Virus record (IMG/VR): IMGVR_UViG_3300025387_000001
DNA length: 42,410 bases
Reading direction: 5' to 3' (one strand)
Source: an uncultured virus (IMG/VR IMGVR_UViG_3300025387_000001)
Taxonomy: Duplodnaviria; Heunggongvirae; Uroviricota; Caudoviricetes
The position numbers and the translations under genes are program-made. This document shows positions 15,774 through 27,400 of the stretch, piece after piece (position 1 is the first letter of the stretch; every line of letters begins with the position of its first letter). The notes under the pieces are model-generated. The model was not told where the DNA came from and made no database searches. It was given only the letters and a program-made list of their open reading frames with translations.

Positions 15774-17852
15774 ATGGCAACCGGTAACACTTCACTTAGG
15801 GTCACGGAATTAGATTTTAATTCTATCAAGAACAATCTGATCCAATATTTACAAAGTCAAAGCACTTTCAGTGACTATAATTTCCAAGGTTCTGGTATGT
15901 CCGTTCTATTGGACATTTTGGCCTATAATACCTACTATAATGCTTTCTATTTAAATATGGTGGTCAATGAAGCATTTCTAGACACTGCACAAGATCGTAA
16001 AAACATTCTCTCACACGCCAAGCTGATTAACTATGTTCCCAATTCTTCACACGGCGCCCAGTCATTATTAAATTTAAAGATCACACCATCTAACGGTGAA
16101 AATACAGATGTTAATTATATTATTCTAGACGAATATACAAGACTTGTTGGTGCTGATATCAACGGCGTTAATTATCCATTTGCTACCGTCAATGCTAATA
16201 CTTCATATAAGGTAAATGGATCATTTACATTTGCAAACGTAGTGATTAGACAAGGCGAGGTTATTACTAACCAGTTTATTATTGATGCTAATAATGTCAC
16301 AGGCCGATATCAAATTCCTTCTTCTAATGTAGATACTGATACTTTGGTGGTTGTTGTTCAAGAATCCACATCCAATACAAAAACAACTCAATATTTCCTT
16401 GCTCAAGATTTGACAGAAATTCAAGCAAATTCAACCGTATATTTCCTGGAAGAAGATCAAGATTTGAGATATACAATTTACTTTGGTGATGATGTATTAG
16501 GTAAAAAGCCTGCTAATGGAAATATTGTGCAAGTTACTTATCTAGATACGGTTGGTTCTGTTGCCAATGGTATTCAAAAATATGTTTTCACAGATCCTAT
16601 TGCTGGATTATTTAAAAATAATGTAAAAATTACTGTTACACAAGGTTCATATGGTGGCACAGATAAAGAAGATATTGAAGCAATTCGTTTTCGTGCTCCA
16701 TATTTCTATACTGCACAAAATCGTTGTGTAACAACCAACGATTATGAGTCTATTGTTACAAAAGACTTTCCAGATATTCAGGCCGTTTCGGTCTGGGGTG
16801 GAGAATCAAATGTGCCGCCAGTTTATGGAAAAGTTTATATGTCTTTAAAAACCAGAGGATATTATAAACTAACGGCACTTGAAAAACAAAATATTAAAAA
16901 TTCATTAGTGACAAATAGAAATGTATTAACGGTTGTTCCTGAAATTGTTGATCCAGAATATATTTTTATCCTTGTAGGCGGAAATGTTTATTACAATCCA
17001 TCATTAACAACTCAAACAGAAACATACATATTAAACGAAGTTAAAAATTCTATTTTTAATTATGCTGAAAATTCATTATATAATTTTAACTCAACATTCG
17101 TTTTATCACAATTGCAGCAATATATTGAAAACTCTGATGGTTCTATTACAGCATCGGATGTTTTAATTTATTTGCAAAACAGAGTTCAATTGTTTCCTGG
17201 TACAACACAATCATATATTATTAATTTTAACACACCTCTTAGAAAAGGTGACCAATATCAAAAAATATATACCTATCCTCAAATATCGGTTTTGGATACT
17301 ACAGGTGTAACAAGACAAGTTTTATTTGAAGAAGTTCCTAATGCTTATACGGGAGTTGAATCTGTTAATGTTGTTAATTCTGGATATGGTTATTCTAGCA
17401 CCCCTATTATTACCATTAGTGGTGATGGTACTGGTGCTACAGCCGAAGCAGTTGTTGTTAATGGAAGAATAAGATCGGTAAAAGTTACCAATTCTGGAAT
17501 AAATTATTCTTTGGCCACTGTTAGCATTACCGATCCTAGTGGTGTAGAAGCATCATTAACAATATCTTTGAGTTCTAATTATGGTAAATTAAGAACATAT
17601 TATTATCAGTCAAATGGTCAAAAAGTTTATGTAAATGAAAATGCAGGAACTATTGATTATCTCAAAGGAATTGTTACTTTGTCAAGCTTAGAATTATTAT
17701 CGGTAGCACTAAATCCATTTTATGATGAAAATATATTAACGTTTAACGTTGTTCCGGAACTATCAGTTATTACACCTCTAAGAAATAGATTGCTGGTAAT
17801 TGATACAAATAATGGCCAGGCCATCCAATTAAATATGGTTCCACAAACATAA
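15774..17852 (+). CDS. gp6: Baseplate wedge gp6
   Basis: ELDFNSIKNNL, FSDYNFQGSGMSVLLDILAYNTYYNA, IYFGDDVLGKKP, AQNRCVTTNDY, VWGGE..PPVYGKV. Confidence 0.95.
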   Translation: MATGNTSLRVTELDFNSIKNNLIQYLQSQSTFSDYNFQGSGMSVLLDILAYNTYYNAFYLNMVVNEAFLDTAQDRKNILSHAKLINYVPNSSHGAQSLLNLKITPSNGENTDVNYIILDEYTRLVGADINGVNYPFATVNANTSYKVNGSFTFANVVIRQGEVITNQFIIDANNVTGRYQIPSSNVDTDTLVVVVQESTSNTKTTQYFLAQDLTEIQANSTVYFLEEDQDLRYTIYFGDDVLGKKPANGNIVQVTYLDTVGSVANGIQKYVFTDPIAGLFKNNVKITVTQGSYGGTDKEDIEAIRFRAPYFYTAQNRCVTTNDYESIVTKDFPDIQAVSVWGGESNVPPVYGKVYMSLKTRGYYKLTALEKQNIKNSLVTNRNVLTVVPEIVDPEYIFILVGGNVYYNPSLTTQTETYILNEVKNSIFNYAENSLYNFNSTFVLSQLQQYIENSDGSITASDVLIYLQNRVQLFPGTTQSYIINFNTPLRKGDQYQKIYTYPQISVLDTTGVTRQVLFEEVPNAYTGVESVNVVNSGYGYSSTPIITISGDGTGATAEAVVVNGRIRSVKVTNSGINYSLATVSITDPSGVEASLTISLSSNYGKLRTYYYQSNGQKVYVNENAGTIDYLKGIVTLSSLELLSVALNPFYDENILTFNVVPELSVITPLRNRLLVIDTNNGQAIQLNMVPQT

Positions 17853-20074
17853 TGGTTGACTCATCAAATAATAAAACATCATATCTAGTCAATTCACAAC
17901 TACCCGAATTCGTTAGGAGAGACCACCCTAAGTTTGTAGAATTTATAGAAGCATATTACAAGTCACTAGAACAAGACGGCGGCATGATGTATACCGCCAA
18001 AAGATTTCAGGACTTCTATGACATTGACACTCTAAATGCTGATTATTTGGAAGATTTGGAAGAAGGTGGTGGTGAAAACGAAGAATACCACATTCTAAAT
18101 GAAGAATTTTATAAAAACTTCATTAAATTTATTCCATCCAATTCTTTAATAGATCCAATTATAATTCTTAAACATTCTAAAGACTTTTATCGATCAAGAG
18201 GAACAGAGAAGTCTATTAGATTTTTGGCCAGAATACTTTTTAACAAAGATGCCAAGGTTTATTATCCAAGAAATAACATATTAAAGCCTTCTGATGGAAC
18301 CTGGTTTGTCCAAAAGTCTATTAATATTCAAAACGTTTTAGTTGATAATGTTGCCAATAGTATAGCGTTTTCTAGGTTTGTTAATACTTCCATTAGAGGT
18401 GTAACATCCAATTCTACAGCCACTATAGAAAGCGTCAGTCCCTATTATCAAAATGGTTTTCTTGTAACCGAACTAATAGTTTCTGAAGTTGTTAAAGATT
18501 TCTATGATGGTGAATCAGTTTATACAACAATTGAGGATCAAGGCGTTTCAAAAAGATTGTCGGCAAACGTTTACTCAGGTGTAATTATTAAGACAACTGT
18601 TACATCTCCTGGTTCAGGATATGTTGAGGGTTCTTCCGTTCCTATTATACCTATTGATGGTGATGGATATGTAGTCTCAAATGGTACCCTCCAATTTGGT
18701 TTTGGTGGCCAAATTATTATTGATAAAGTTGCTAAAGGTAAACTTGAAGGAAAAATTAAATCAACTAACGTTGTATTTCCAGGAGCAGGATATAAAATTG
18801 ATGACTTGTTGCTTTTTACAGGTGGTGGAGGATCCAATGCATCTGGAAGGGTTTATTCGGTACTAGATGATTTCACATATCATCCAATTTATTATGATAT
18901 TGTTGGTTCTACAATTGATCAAGTTGCAGATTTACCCATTATAAATGCTGTTGGTGATATTGTAGAAACACAGGCATATTCTAATTTAGCAACTCAATGG
19001 TCTAATACATCCAATTTGGATATTAGCACGGAACCTGGTGGAACCATCAATGATATAACATTAAGTCAAAATTTGGCCAATTCAAATGTTTATTTTGAAA
19101 CTGGTGACGTTCTTTTTGTGCAGAATACTTACCAAACCATTACAGCAAGTAATAAGTATTATTGGGAATTAACGATTCAACCAGGACTTCCTGGTGGACT
19201 TTCAAACGTTTCTTTTGTTGTTAATAAAAAACCTAATGTAAATACTTTATTAGCAAACTCTATGATTTATTGGACATATGGGCCTTGCGGGCCAATTATC
19301 TCTTGTGCTATTACTAATCCTGGTAGCGGGTACATTGAACTACCAAATGTTTCGGTTATTTCAAACACCACCATCCGTTCTATGGGTATTCTTGGAAGAA
19401 TGGATATCATCGATGGTGGTATGAATTACCAGGTAGGTGATCAGATAACATTTGATAATCCATATGGAACATATGGTGTAGGAGCCAACGCACAAGTATC
19501 AGTTGTTGATGCTAACGGAACTATTACACAAGTTAATTTCTTTGCTGAGCCTGGAAAAATACCAGGTGGTTATGGATATCGTGCAGATTTATTACCAACC
19601 GCCAATATTCAAACTTTAACAGGAAATGGTGCTAATATAGTCGTTTCTGCAACCATAGGTGATGATGCTATTGTTACTGCCAAATCAAACGTCATCGGTT
19701 CCATTGAAACCTTAAAAATAGTTTCTGGTGGATTAGGATATAAAAACCCACCAATCATAGACTTATCAACTCAAGGTGATGGTACGGCCCAGGCATATGC
19801 TAATATTATTACAGGTATTTACAGTTATCCTGGTCGTTATATAGATCAAGCAGGACAACCAAGTTCGCCATATGTAATTCAAGATAGAGATTTTTATCAA
19901 AACTATTCTTATGTGATAAGAATTGATGAATCTTTAAACAAGTATAGAAAAGCACTTAGCGATCTTATACACCCTGCTGGCCTTAAAGTATATGGTGAAT
20001 ACTTGTTTGAAGATAATAATCAGACGTTATTAAATCCTGTGCAAGTCGTAAATACAAAAATTACAATTACATAA
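17852..20074 (+). CDS. gp7: Baseplate wedge gp7-like
   Basis: SQLPEFVRRDHPKFVEFIEAYY, FYRSRGTEKSIRFL, C-terminal IQDRDFYQNYSYVI...HPAGLKVYGE; lies between gp6 and gp8. Confidence 0.8.
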   Translation: MVDSSNNKTSYLVNSQLPEFVRRDHPKFVEFIEAYYKSLEQDGGMMYTAKRFQDFYDIDTLNADYLEDLEEGGGENEEYHILNEEFYKNFIKFIPSNSLIDPIIILKHSKDFYRSRGTEKSIRFLARILFNKDAKVYYPRNNILKPSDGTWFVQKSINIQNVLVDNVANSIAFSRFVNTSIRGVTSNSTATIESVSPYYQNGFLVTELIVSEVVKDFYDGESVYTTIEDQGVSKRLSANVYSGVIIKTTVTSPGSGYVEGSSVPIIPIDGDGYVVSNGTLQFGFGGQIIIDKVAKGKLEGKIKSTNVVFPGAGYKIDDLLLFTGGGGSNASGRVYSVLDDFTYHPIYYDIVGSTIDQVADLPIINAVGDIVETQAYSNLATQWSNTSNLDISTEPGGTINDITLSQNLANSNVYFETGDVLFVQNTYQTITASNKYYWELTIQPGLPGGLSNVSFVVNKKPNVNTLLANSMIYWTYGPCGPIISCAITNPGSGYIELPNVSVISNTTIRSMGILGRMDIIDGGMNYQVGDQITFDNPYGTYGVGANAQVSVVDANGTITQVNFFAEPGKIPGGYGYRADLLPTANIQTLTGNGANIVVSATIGDDAIVTAKSNVIGSIETLKIVSGGLGYKNPPIIDLSTQGDGTAQAYANIITGIYSYPGRYIDQAGQPSSPYVIQDRDFYQNYSYVIRIDESLNKYRKALSDLIHPAGLKVYGEYLFEDNNQTLLNPVQVVNTKITIT

Positions 20075-20082
20075 ATTTGGCA

Positions 20083-20090
20083 TATAAATA
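20083..20090 (+). promoter_or_regulatory. T4-type late promoter
   Basis: Intergenic TATAAATA upstream of gp8. Confidence 0.75.
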
Positions 20091-20113
20091 GAAGGTACTC
20101 AAAGAGAGAGATC

Positions 20114-21436
20114 ATGGCATCGACATATTCAAAAGACCTTGAGGTTCATTCATCCGACCAGTTTATCAAATCTTTCAACAGCTCAAATGTCTATTTAACA
20201 TTTGGATATCAGAGTCCATGGACAAATGAACTTAGTCCAGATCAAGCCAACACTTCTGTAGAGTCTTACTATGAAACATGGAAATATATGATTGGTGGTA
20301 AACTGATTACCGGCAATGATTTACGTCATGTCATACCTAGAATAAATTGGACTTCCAACACAACATATATTGCTTATGATCACACACAAGATTCATTAAC
20401 AAAAGGTGCCAATACAGCATATTATGTGGTTACAGATGCTTTTAATGTTTATAAATGCATTGCTAATAATTATGGGTATCCATCCACATCTAAACCAACC
20501 TCAACAAATCCTACTATTATATTTCAAACTGCCGATAAGTATTATTGGAAATATATGTATACCTTGAGTGTCGATGAACAACAAAAATTTACAACTGATA
20601 GTTTTATACCTGTTAAAACATTGAAATCTGACGATAACTCTTTGCAATGGCAAGTTCAACAAGACGCGGTTCCTGGTGCTATTAATAGTATTTTGCTCAC
20701 CAATTTTGGATCAGGATACTTATATCAAAACGTTATTTCTGTCTCCATAACAGGCGACGGCCGTTTTGCTAATGCTTATGCGGTAGTTAATACACAAACC
20801 GATACAGTTCAAAGTATTGTTGTTGATAACTTTGGTGCTGGATATACCTATGCCAACGTTATTATCAGTTCAACCGTAGGCAGATATGCCAATGCCAGAG
20901 CAATTATTAGTCCTCCTGGAGGTCATGGGTCCGATGCATTATATGAATTGGGTGGTTCATATGTTATGATCAATGCATCTTTGAATGGTGATGAAGATGG
21001 TATTATCTCAATACAAAGTAATTATAGACAAGTTTCATTATTAAAAGATCCTTTAGTATATGGAACATCAAATGCTATGATCAATCTAGCATTTTCACAA
21101 GTAACAAATATCACATTAAGTGAATCCAGTTCAACAACCAATTATTTATTGGATGAAATTGTTTATCAAGGATCGAGCTTATCAAATGCATCATTTACGG
21201 CATTGGTTGTAGGATGGGATTCGGCCAATTCTGTTTTAAAATTGAATAATGTTCAAGGAACACCTGTATCTCAGCCTATCATAGGATACACAAGTTCAGC
21301 AACTAGATACATAAGTTCCGTTAAAGATCCTGATTTAAAGTTTTATTCCGGACATATCCTATATAAGGACAACATTACTGCTATCGAAAGAGCAGTTGAT
21401 CAAAACGAAAATTTTAAAATAGTTCTAAGTTTCTAA
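20114..21436 (+). CDS. gp8: Baseplate wedge gp8
   Basis: VIPRINWTS, FNVYKCIAN, YYWKYMY, SPPGGHGSDA..ELG, C-terminal IERAVDQNENFKIVLSF. Confidence 0.9.
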   Translation: MASTYSKDLEVHSSDQFIKSFNSSNVYLTFGYQSPWTNELSPDQANTSVESYYETWKYMIGGKLITGNDLRHVIPRINWTSNTTYIAYDHTQDSLTKGANTAYYVVTDAFNVYKCIANNYGYPSTSKPTSTNPTIIFQTADKYYWKYMYTLSVDEQQKFTTDSFIPVKTLKSDDNSLQWQVQQDAVPGAINSILLTNFGSGYLYQNVISVSITGDGRFANAYAVVNTQTDTVQSIVVDNFGAGYTYANVIISSTVGRYANARAIISPPGGHGSDALYELGGSYVMINASLNGDEDGIISIQSNYRQVSLLKDPLVYGTSNAMINLAFSQVTNITLSESSSTTNYLLDEIVYQGSSLSNASFTALVVGWDSANSVLKLNNVQGTPVSQPIIGYTSSATRYISSVKDPDLKFYSGHILYKDNITAIERAVDQNENFKIVLSF

Positions 21437-21452
21437 GAGGAAAGAATATAAA

Positions 21453-24400
21453 ATGGATGCCAACACTTCCAATAGCACATCATTAACCACAAATTTTAAT
21501 GTCACACCATATTATGACGATTATGATCCTTCAGCAGGTTATTATCGAATCCTCTTTAAACCAGGTTATTCTGTTCAGGCACGCGAACTTACCCAGATGC
21601 AGACTGCTTTACAAGAGCAGATTGCTCGTTTTGGTAAAAATATTTTTAAAGATGGTACAATTGTTTTACCAGGTCAATTTACTCTCGAAACGAACGAAGG
21701 ACGTCCAGCAGGCCGCGGAATTTCGTATGTTAAAGTCAATGATCTTGATGCATCTAACAATACTGTTATTATGGATCAATGGAACACATATATCAACCAA
21801 GGTAAATCAAATGGTAACACCCGTCTAGAGGTTGTTGGATCAACATCAAATATTTATGCTAAAGTTATTCAAGTTCTAGACGGTGTTCAATCATCCCAGA
21901 ACACTAAAACCCTTTATGTTGCTTATACCTCAGGATCTAGTGCCAACGTATCATTAAAATCATTTCAGGCCGGCGAGACATTAACTGCTAATGTTAACGG
22001 AACAATCAGAACTCTTGTAGTTGCTAATACAGCAAATGCAACTGGTAAAGGTTCTCGATTCAGCATTTCATCTGGTGTTCTTTTTGCTAAAAACCATTTC
22101 GTGGCATTCCCAGATCAGGCAGTTATTATTGATCGTTATAATGCAAACCCAACAGCAAGAGTTGGTTTCTATATCACAGAAGATATTGTAACGGCATCAC
22201 AGGATTCTACACTATTGGATCCTGCACAAGAAGCATCAAACTATTCTGCTCCAGGTGCAGACCGTTTGGCATTGAATCCAACACTTGATGTTGTTCCAAT
22301 TGATGCAACACCTAGTGTTCAAGATTTCGTATCACTATTTACAATTGAAAACGGTATTGTTAAATCATATAATGCTAACACGCAATATTCATATATTAAT
22401 GATGCTATGGCCCGACGCACATTTGACAACTCCGGTGATTATGTCGTTAATGGATTAGATGTCCAACTTAAAGAACATGATGATACCGGTTCAAACTATG
22501 GACGCTATCCAAACGGAAATAATAAACTACTTTATGTAGGTGTATCACCGGGTTCTGCATACGTATCTGGTTATCAAGTTGGCATGCCGTCAACTATGGA
22601 CCTTGCTACTGAAAAAGGTCTAACAACAGCAAACGTTACATCTCAATTGACAGCAATTAATATGGGTCAATATGTTACTGTTAATGAATTTGTTGGTGGT
22701 TGGCAACTTAATAAAGGTAATACAATAGGCCTTTATGATACTGCACAAAAAAGAATAACCGGAAAAGGTTGGTCTACTGCGGCCCAAACCGGCACTCTAA
22801 TTGGTAATGCTATTATTCTATCAGTTCAATATATTTCTGGTACACCAGGTTATGATGCCAAGTATAATGTTTATCTTGCTGATATTAAGATGACAGGTTC
22901 ATATACATTTGGTCAGGTAAAAAGCCTCTATGCGGCCGCAGTTGGTGGATATAATTCCGCAATAGGTGCTGATAGCGTTTTAGACCTCAATGGTAATGCA
23001 GTTCTACAGAATGTTCCACAATCAACATTATTGTATTTTACAGGTTCTAATTATACTAGCACAGTTCGTGACTCAAATGACATACTTTCTTCACACACCA
23101 CATTTGAATTCAACGATACTCAAGGTATTTCATCCGCAGTTCAGGTTTCAACAAATGGTGTATTCACATTAAGTATTTCTCCTGGTATTGAACAGTTTCC
23201 TTATGGTACAACAACTCTTCAGGGAATTTCCACAAACGGAATTTATGTAACATTTAATAAAACTTCTGGCGGCGCAACAAGCATGGCTGTTGGACTAGGT
23301 GGTGTTACATCAACATCATCATCAAACGTTATCCTTAATGGTACAGGTACACACTTTACTAGCCTAAATGTTGGTGACAAAATCAAGTTATCCGGTAATA
23401 CATTTGTTTATCAGGTAAAATCAATTGTAAGTGATACACAACTTGTAGTTGATCAGGATTTACCATCATCAAACAATGGTAATACTCTCACCAAGATTTA
23501 CGAAGCAGGTGACCAAATTAATTTATTTGGTATTGGTGCAGCAGCCGGATCACAAAGAACAATTGCAACAACATCAACATCATTACAGTTCAATCTACAA
23601 GAAACATTCCCAAGCATCTTCTATGCTACCGTAACATATCCAGTGGCAAGAACAACTGCACTTGAAATAAAAAAGACACTTAATGCTGGTCGTTATGTTA
23701 TGATTGATTGTTCAACAGCAGGTATCAATGGTCCTTATGACCTTGGTTTCTCTGATGTTTACAAAATTAAGTCTATTAGAAAAGGTACAGGTTCATATCC
23801 TTCATCTAATACTGCCGGTTTAGACGTAACAACATCATTTGTATTTGATAATGGTCAGAGAGATACACATTATGACCATGCTACAATTAAACCAAAAGTT
23901 CTGTTGGCTTCAACAGATATGTTACTTGTTGAGTTGGATTATTTCTATCCTGACTTTACTAACCGTGGTGGTTTCTTCTCTATTGACTCCTATCCAATTC
24001 AGGATGATGATACTCTGTTTAATCCTGCAAACAACATTAGAACTGAAAACATTCCTGTATTCAAATCATCAATTACAGGTCAATCATATGATTTGAGAAA
24101 CCAGTTGGATTTCCGTGTTGTTAAAGATAGAACCGCAACTGACACAACAACACCAGGTTCGGCATCTGTTAATCCATCACCAACATCAACTTTGATTTAT
24201 CCAGCAGCAGGTATGAAATTTCCTGTACCTTCTTCAGTAGTTGAATATGATTACTATTATTATCTTGGAAGGATTGACATTGTTGTAGTAGATAAAGATA
24301 ACAGATTTCAGGTTATTAAAGGACAACCTACAACTAATCCACAGAGTCCAGTTGTTCCTCCTGGAGTTATGGCTCTTTCACAATTGACTATTTCTCCATA

Positions 24401-27400
24401 CCCATCATTGTCACCTGCATATGCTACAAAACTTAATAGATCAGAACTTGCTTCTACTCCAAAGTCTTTAGCAGTATATCGCTATACAATGAGGGATATT
24501 GGTTCTCTCAAGCAACGTATTGTTAATCTAGAATACTATACATCTTTGTCTCTATTGGAAAAAGCGGCCACTGGCACTGTAATTCAGAATGATGCTGGAT
24601 TAGATCGTTATAAAAACGGTATCTTTACCGATTCTTTCCGCGATAACTCAAATGCGGCTGATTATGATCCAGAATTTAGAATTGTATTTGATACAACAGA
24701 AAAGACAATTCGTCCAGTTTATAAAATGGAATCTATTGTCTATAACTATCTAAGTGGTACAAACGTTAAATATAATAACCCAGTTATCACGGTTGCTTAT
24801 ACTGAAGTTCTTCATCATGCGCAACAATATGTTACTATGGACATAAATGTGGAGCGCCAATCTTGGTTGTTTCTTGGTACAGTTAATTTGTTCCCATCCC
24901 AAGATATTTGGGTGGATACAACCATTCTACCTGATGAACAATTAACTAAACAATCAATTTATATTGTAACCTACGGTTCTCAAGGCACTGCCAATGAAGC
25001 AAAAGTTGCTTATGGCACAACAGCACACTATGATTTAAACAGCGGTAATACCAATTATGGCATCTATCAAGCAAATGGTTATTTTAATCAAAATACTACA
25101 GGTGGTGTTGTTGACGTTCTCAATACCACAAACTGGAATGCCTGGAATACACATGTTGTAGGATATAAAGTTTATACAGGTAGTGTTGGATCAGATGGTA
25201 ATCCATATTCTACAACATTTTCAACATACGATGCTGCCAGAAACTATGCCAACTCAATTAATCCTGTAGGCGGCGCCGGTGTTACAATTGAAACAGTCTA
25301 CAACACTGTAAGAACAGGTACTCAATATTGGGAAGCTGACAGCACTGACACGGTTCAAACCGATTACAAAGTTATTGATGTTCAGAATTATGCATACATC
25401 CGTCCTCAAACTATTGCAGTTCAATGCACCGGTATGAAACCTTTTACACGAATGTGGCCATACTTTGATAGTGTTGCGATGGCAAATAGCGCGAGGCCTT
25501 TGACCGCCAACCAGTTCTCATGGATTATTAACAACGGTCAATATGGACTTGCTGCAAATACTCTTAATAATATATCATTAGGAACTTCAACAAATCCTGC
25601 GGCAGGTATCGTTGCACTACCATCTACACTTGGTCCTTGGGCCAACTATGGTGATAGTTTGATTACTGATGCTAATGGTATTGTTACTTTCCAAATGCAA
25701 ATCACAACCGGACAATTTAGAGTTGGACAGCGCCAATGTTTAGTTATTGATAGCAGAAACTATATTGATCTAAGCAGTGCTACTAGTACCGCTGATATTC
25801 CTGTTGATGTTTCAACCGGTGGTGCCGCAGTATTTACGGCATCTGGTCAAGCAGTAACCAAACAGCGTTCTATTCTATCCACAAAAACAGTTTCTTATCA
25901 TGCAGAAGCAGTTTCCCAGAATTATAACTCTGCTGGATTTGAGTATATAGCGGCGCCCCCTCCACCTGCGCCAGCTTCACACTCTTGTACCGCATACTCA
26001 TTCTTGGCATCTGCACCAAATGGTGAAGAAGGTATCTTCCTCACCTCAGTTGATCTATTTGTATCACGTATCGGCCGTGAAGGTTTTTGGTGTGAAATTC
26101 GTGAAATGGATTCTGGACAGCAGATTACACGTAATACAGTTCCATATTCTGAAGTGTTCTTTAATAATCCTGCTAGTGTTCCAATTTCAACAAACGGCAG
26201 AGATAATCCATGTAATGTTAAGTTTGATATTCCAATCTTCTTGTATAACAATACACAATATGCGTTTGTTATTCATCCAATCAATGCTAATCCAGACCTT
26301 TATGTTTGGTGTTCTAGACTCGGTGAATTGGATATTAACGGACTTGGTACACTAAATGATCGTCGTGGTACTGGCACATTCTATCAAACAAACAATAATA
26401 CAAACTGGGATATCATCGAAGGCCTAGACTTAACCTGTAATTTCTATCGTGCAGAGTTTAACAAAAACCAAGCATCTGCTACAATTGGTAATAGACCAAT
26501 TGAAAAACTTTTTGTTAGAAATGTTGGAATTGATTTCTCTAATAATCGTGGTGATATATTCATCTCTGGTGACCATATTTCATTACCAGCATTGAATAGT
26601 GGTGCTTCTGTTGCCGTGACTGACTTTGTTGTTGGTGATCGTTCATTTGTTAATAGTGCCGCAGTAAACGTTTCTACTGGTATCGCAGGAGTCATTGCTG
26701 CCGGTAATACGGGTTATTATGTTGGCGAAGTTATACGTATTTACTCATCCAATGGTACGTTTAAAGGCCAAGCAACAAACAGTGGTATTACAAATGGCCA
26801 AGGAACACTTGATTACTATATCAACGGCAGTGATACTTCACTTGTCCAACTTACTGGTTCAGGTGGTGGATTCGTTGTTGGTGATGCTATTATCTGCTCA
26901 ACTGATTGGAGCCAGTATGGTTATTTGTATAACATCTATGCAATCTCAAACTGGAGATATTCCGCATTCCATTTTGAACCATCTGCATTGAACTTCCAAT
27001 TGACAGATATGACTTATGAAATGACTTCTGTTGGTACAACTGGTTCTAATCAATTAGTCACAAAGATTGATCCATCAACTACACAATATTTTAATACAGA
27101 AAGAGCAGTTCTTTCTAGAACAAATGAAATTAACCAACTTGCTGGTGCTAACTCACAGATTATTTCAGTCAATATGAAAACTTCATCAAATGCAGTTTCA
27201 CCATTGCTTGATCTAACAAAAACACAAACAATCATACTTGATAACATTATCAACAATGACACAACGGATGAAACATTACCAACTCATGGTGCTTTGATCA
27301 ATAAGTATATTTCAAAGACAGTAACCCTTGCTGAAGGCCAGGATGCTGAAGATATGCAAGTTATTCTATCGGCATATCGCCCACCAGGAACTGATGTTAA

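Noticed and set aside
25950..26005. Intein or self-cleavage site at PPPPAPASHSC in the DUF4815 protein
   Set aside because: No Hint motifs, no HN-C/S/T end and no endonuclease insertion follow; it looks like a Pro linker before the next domain.
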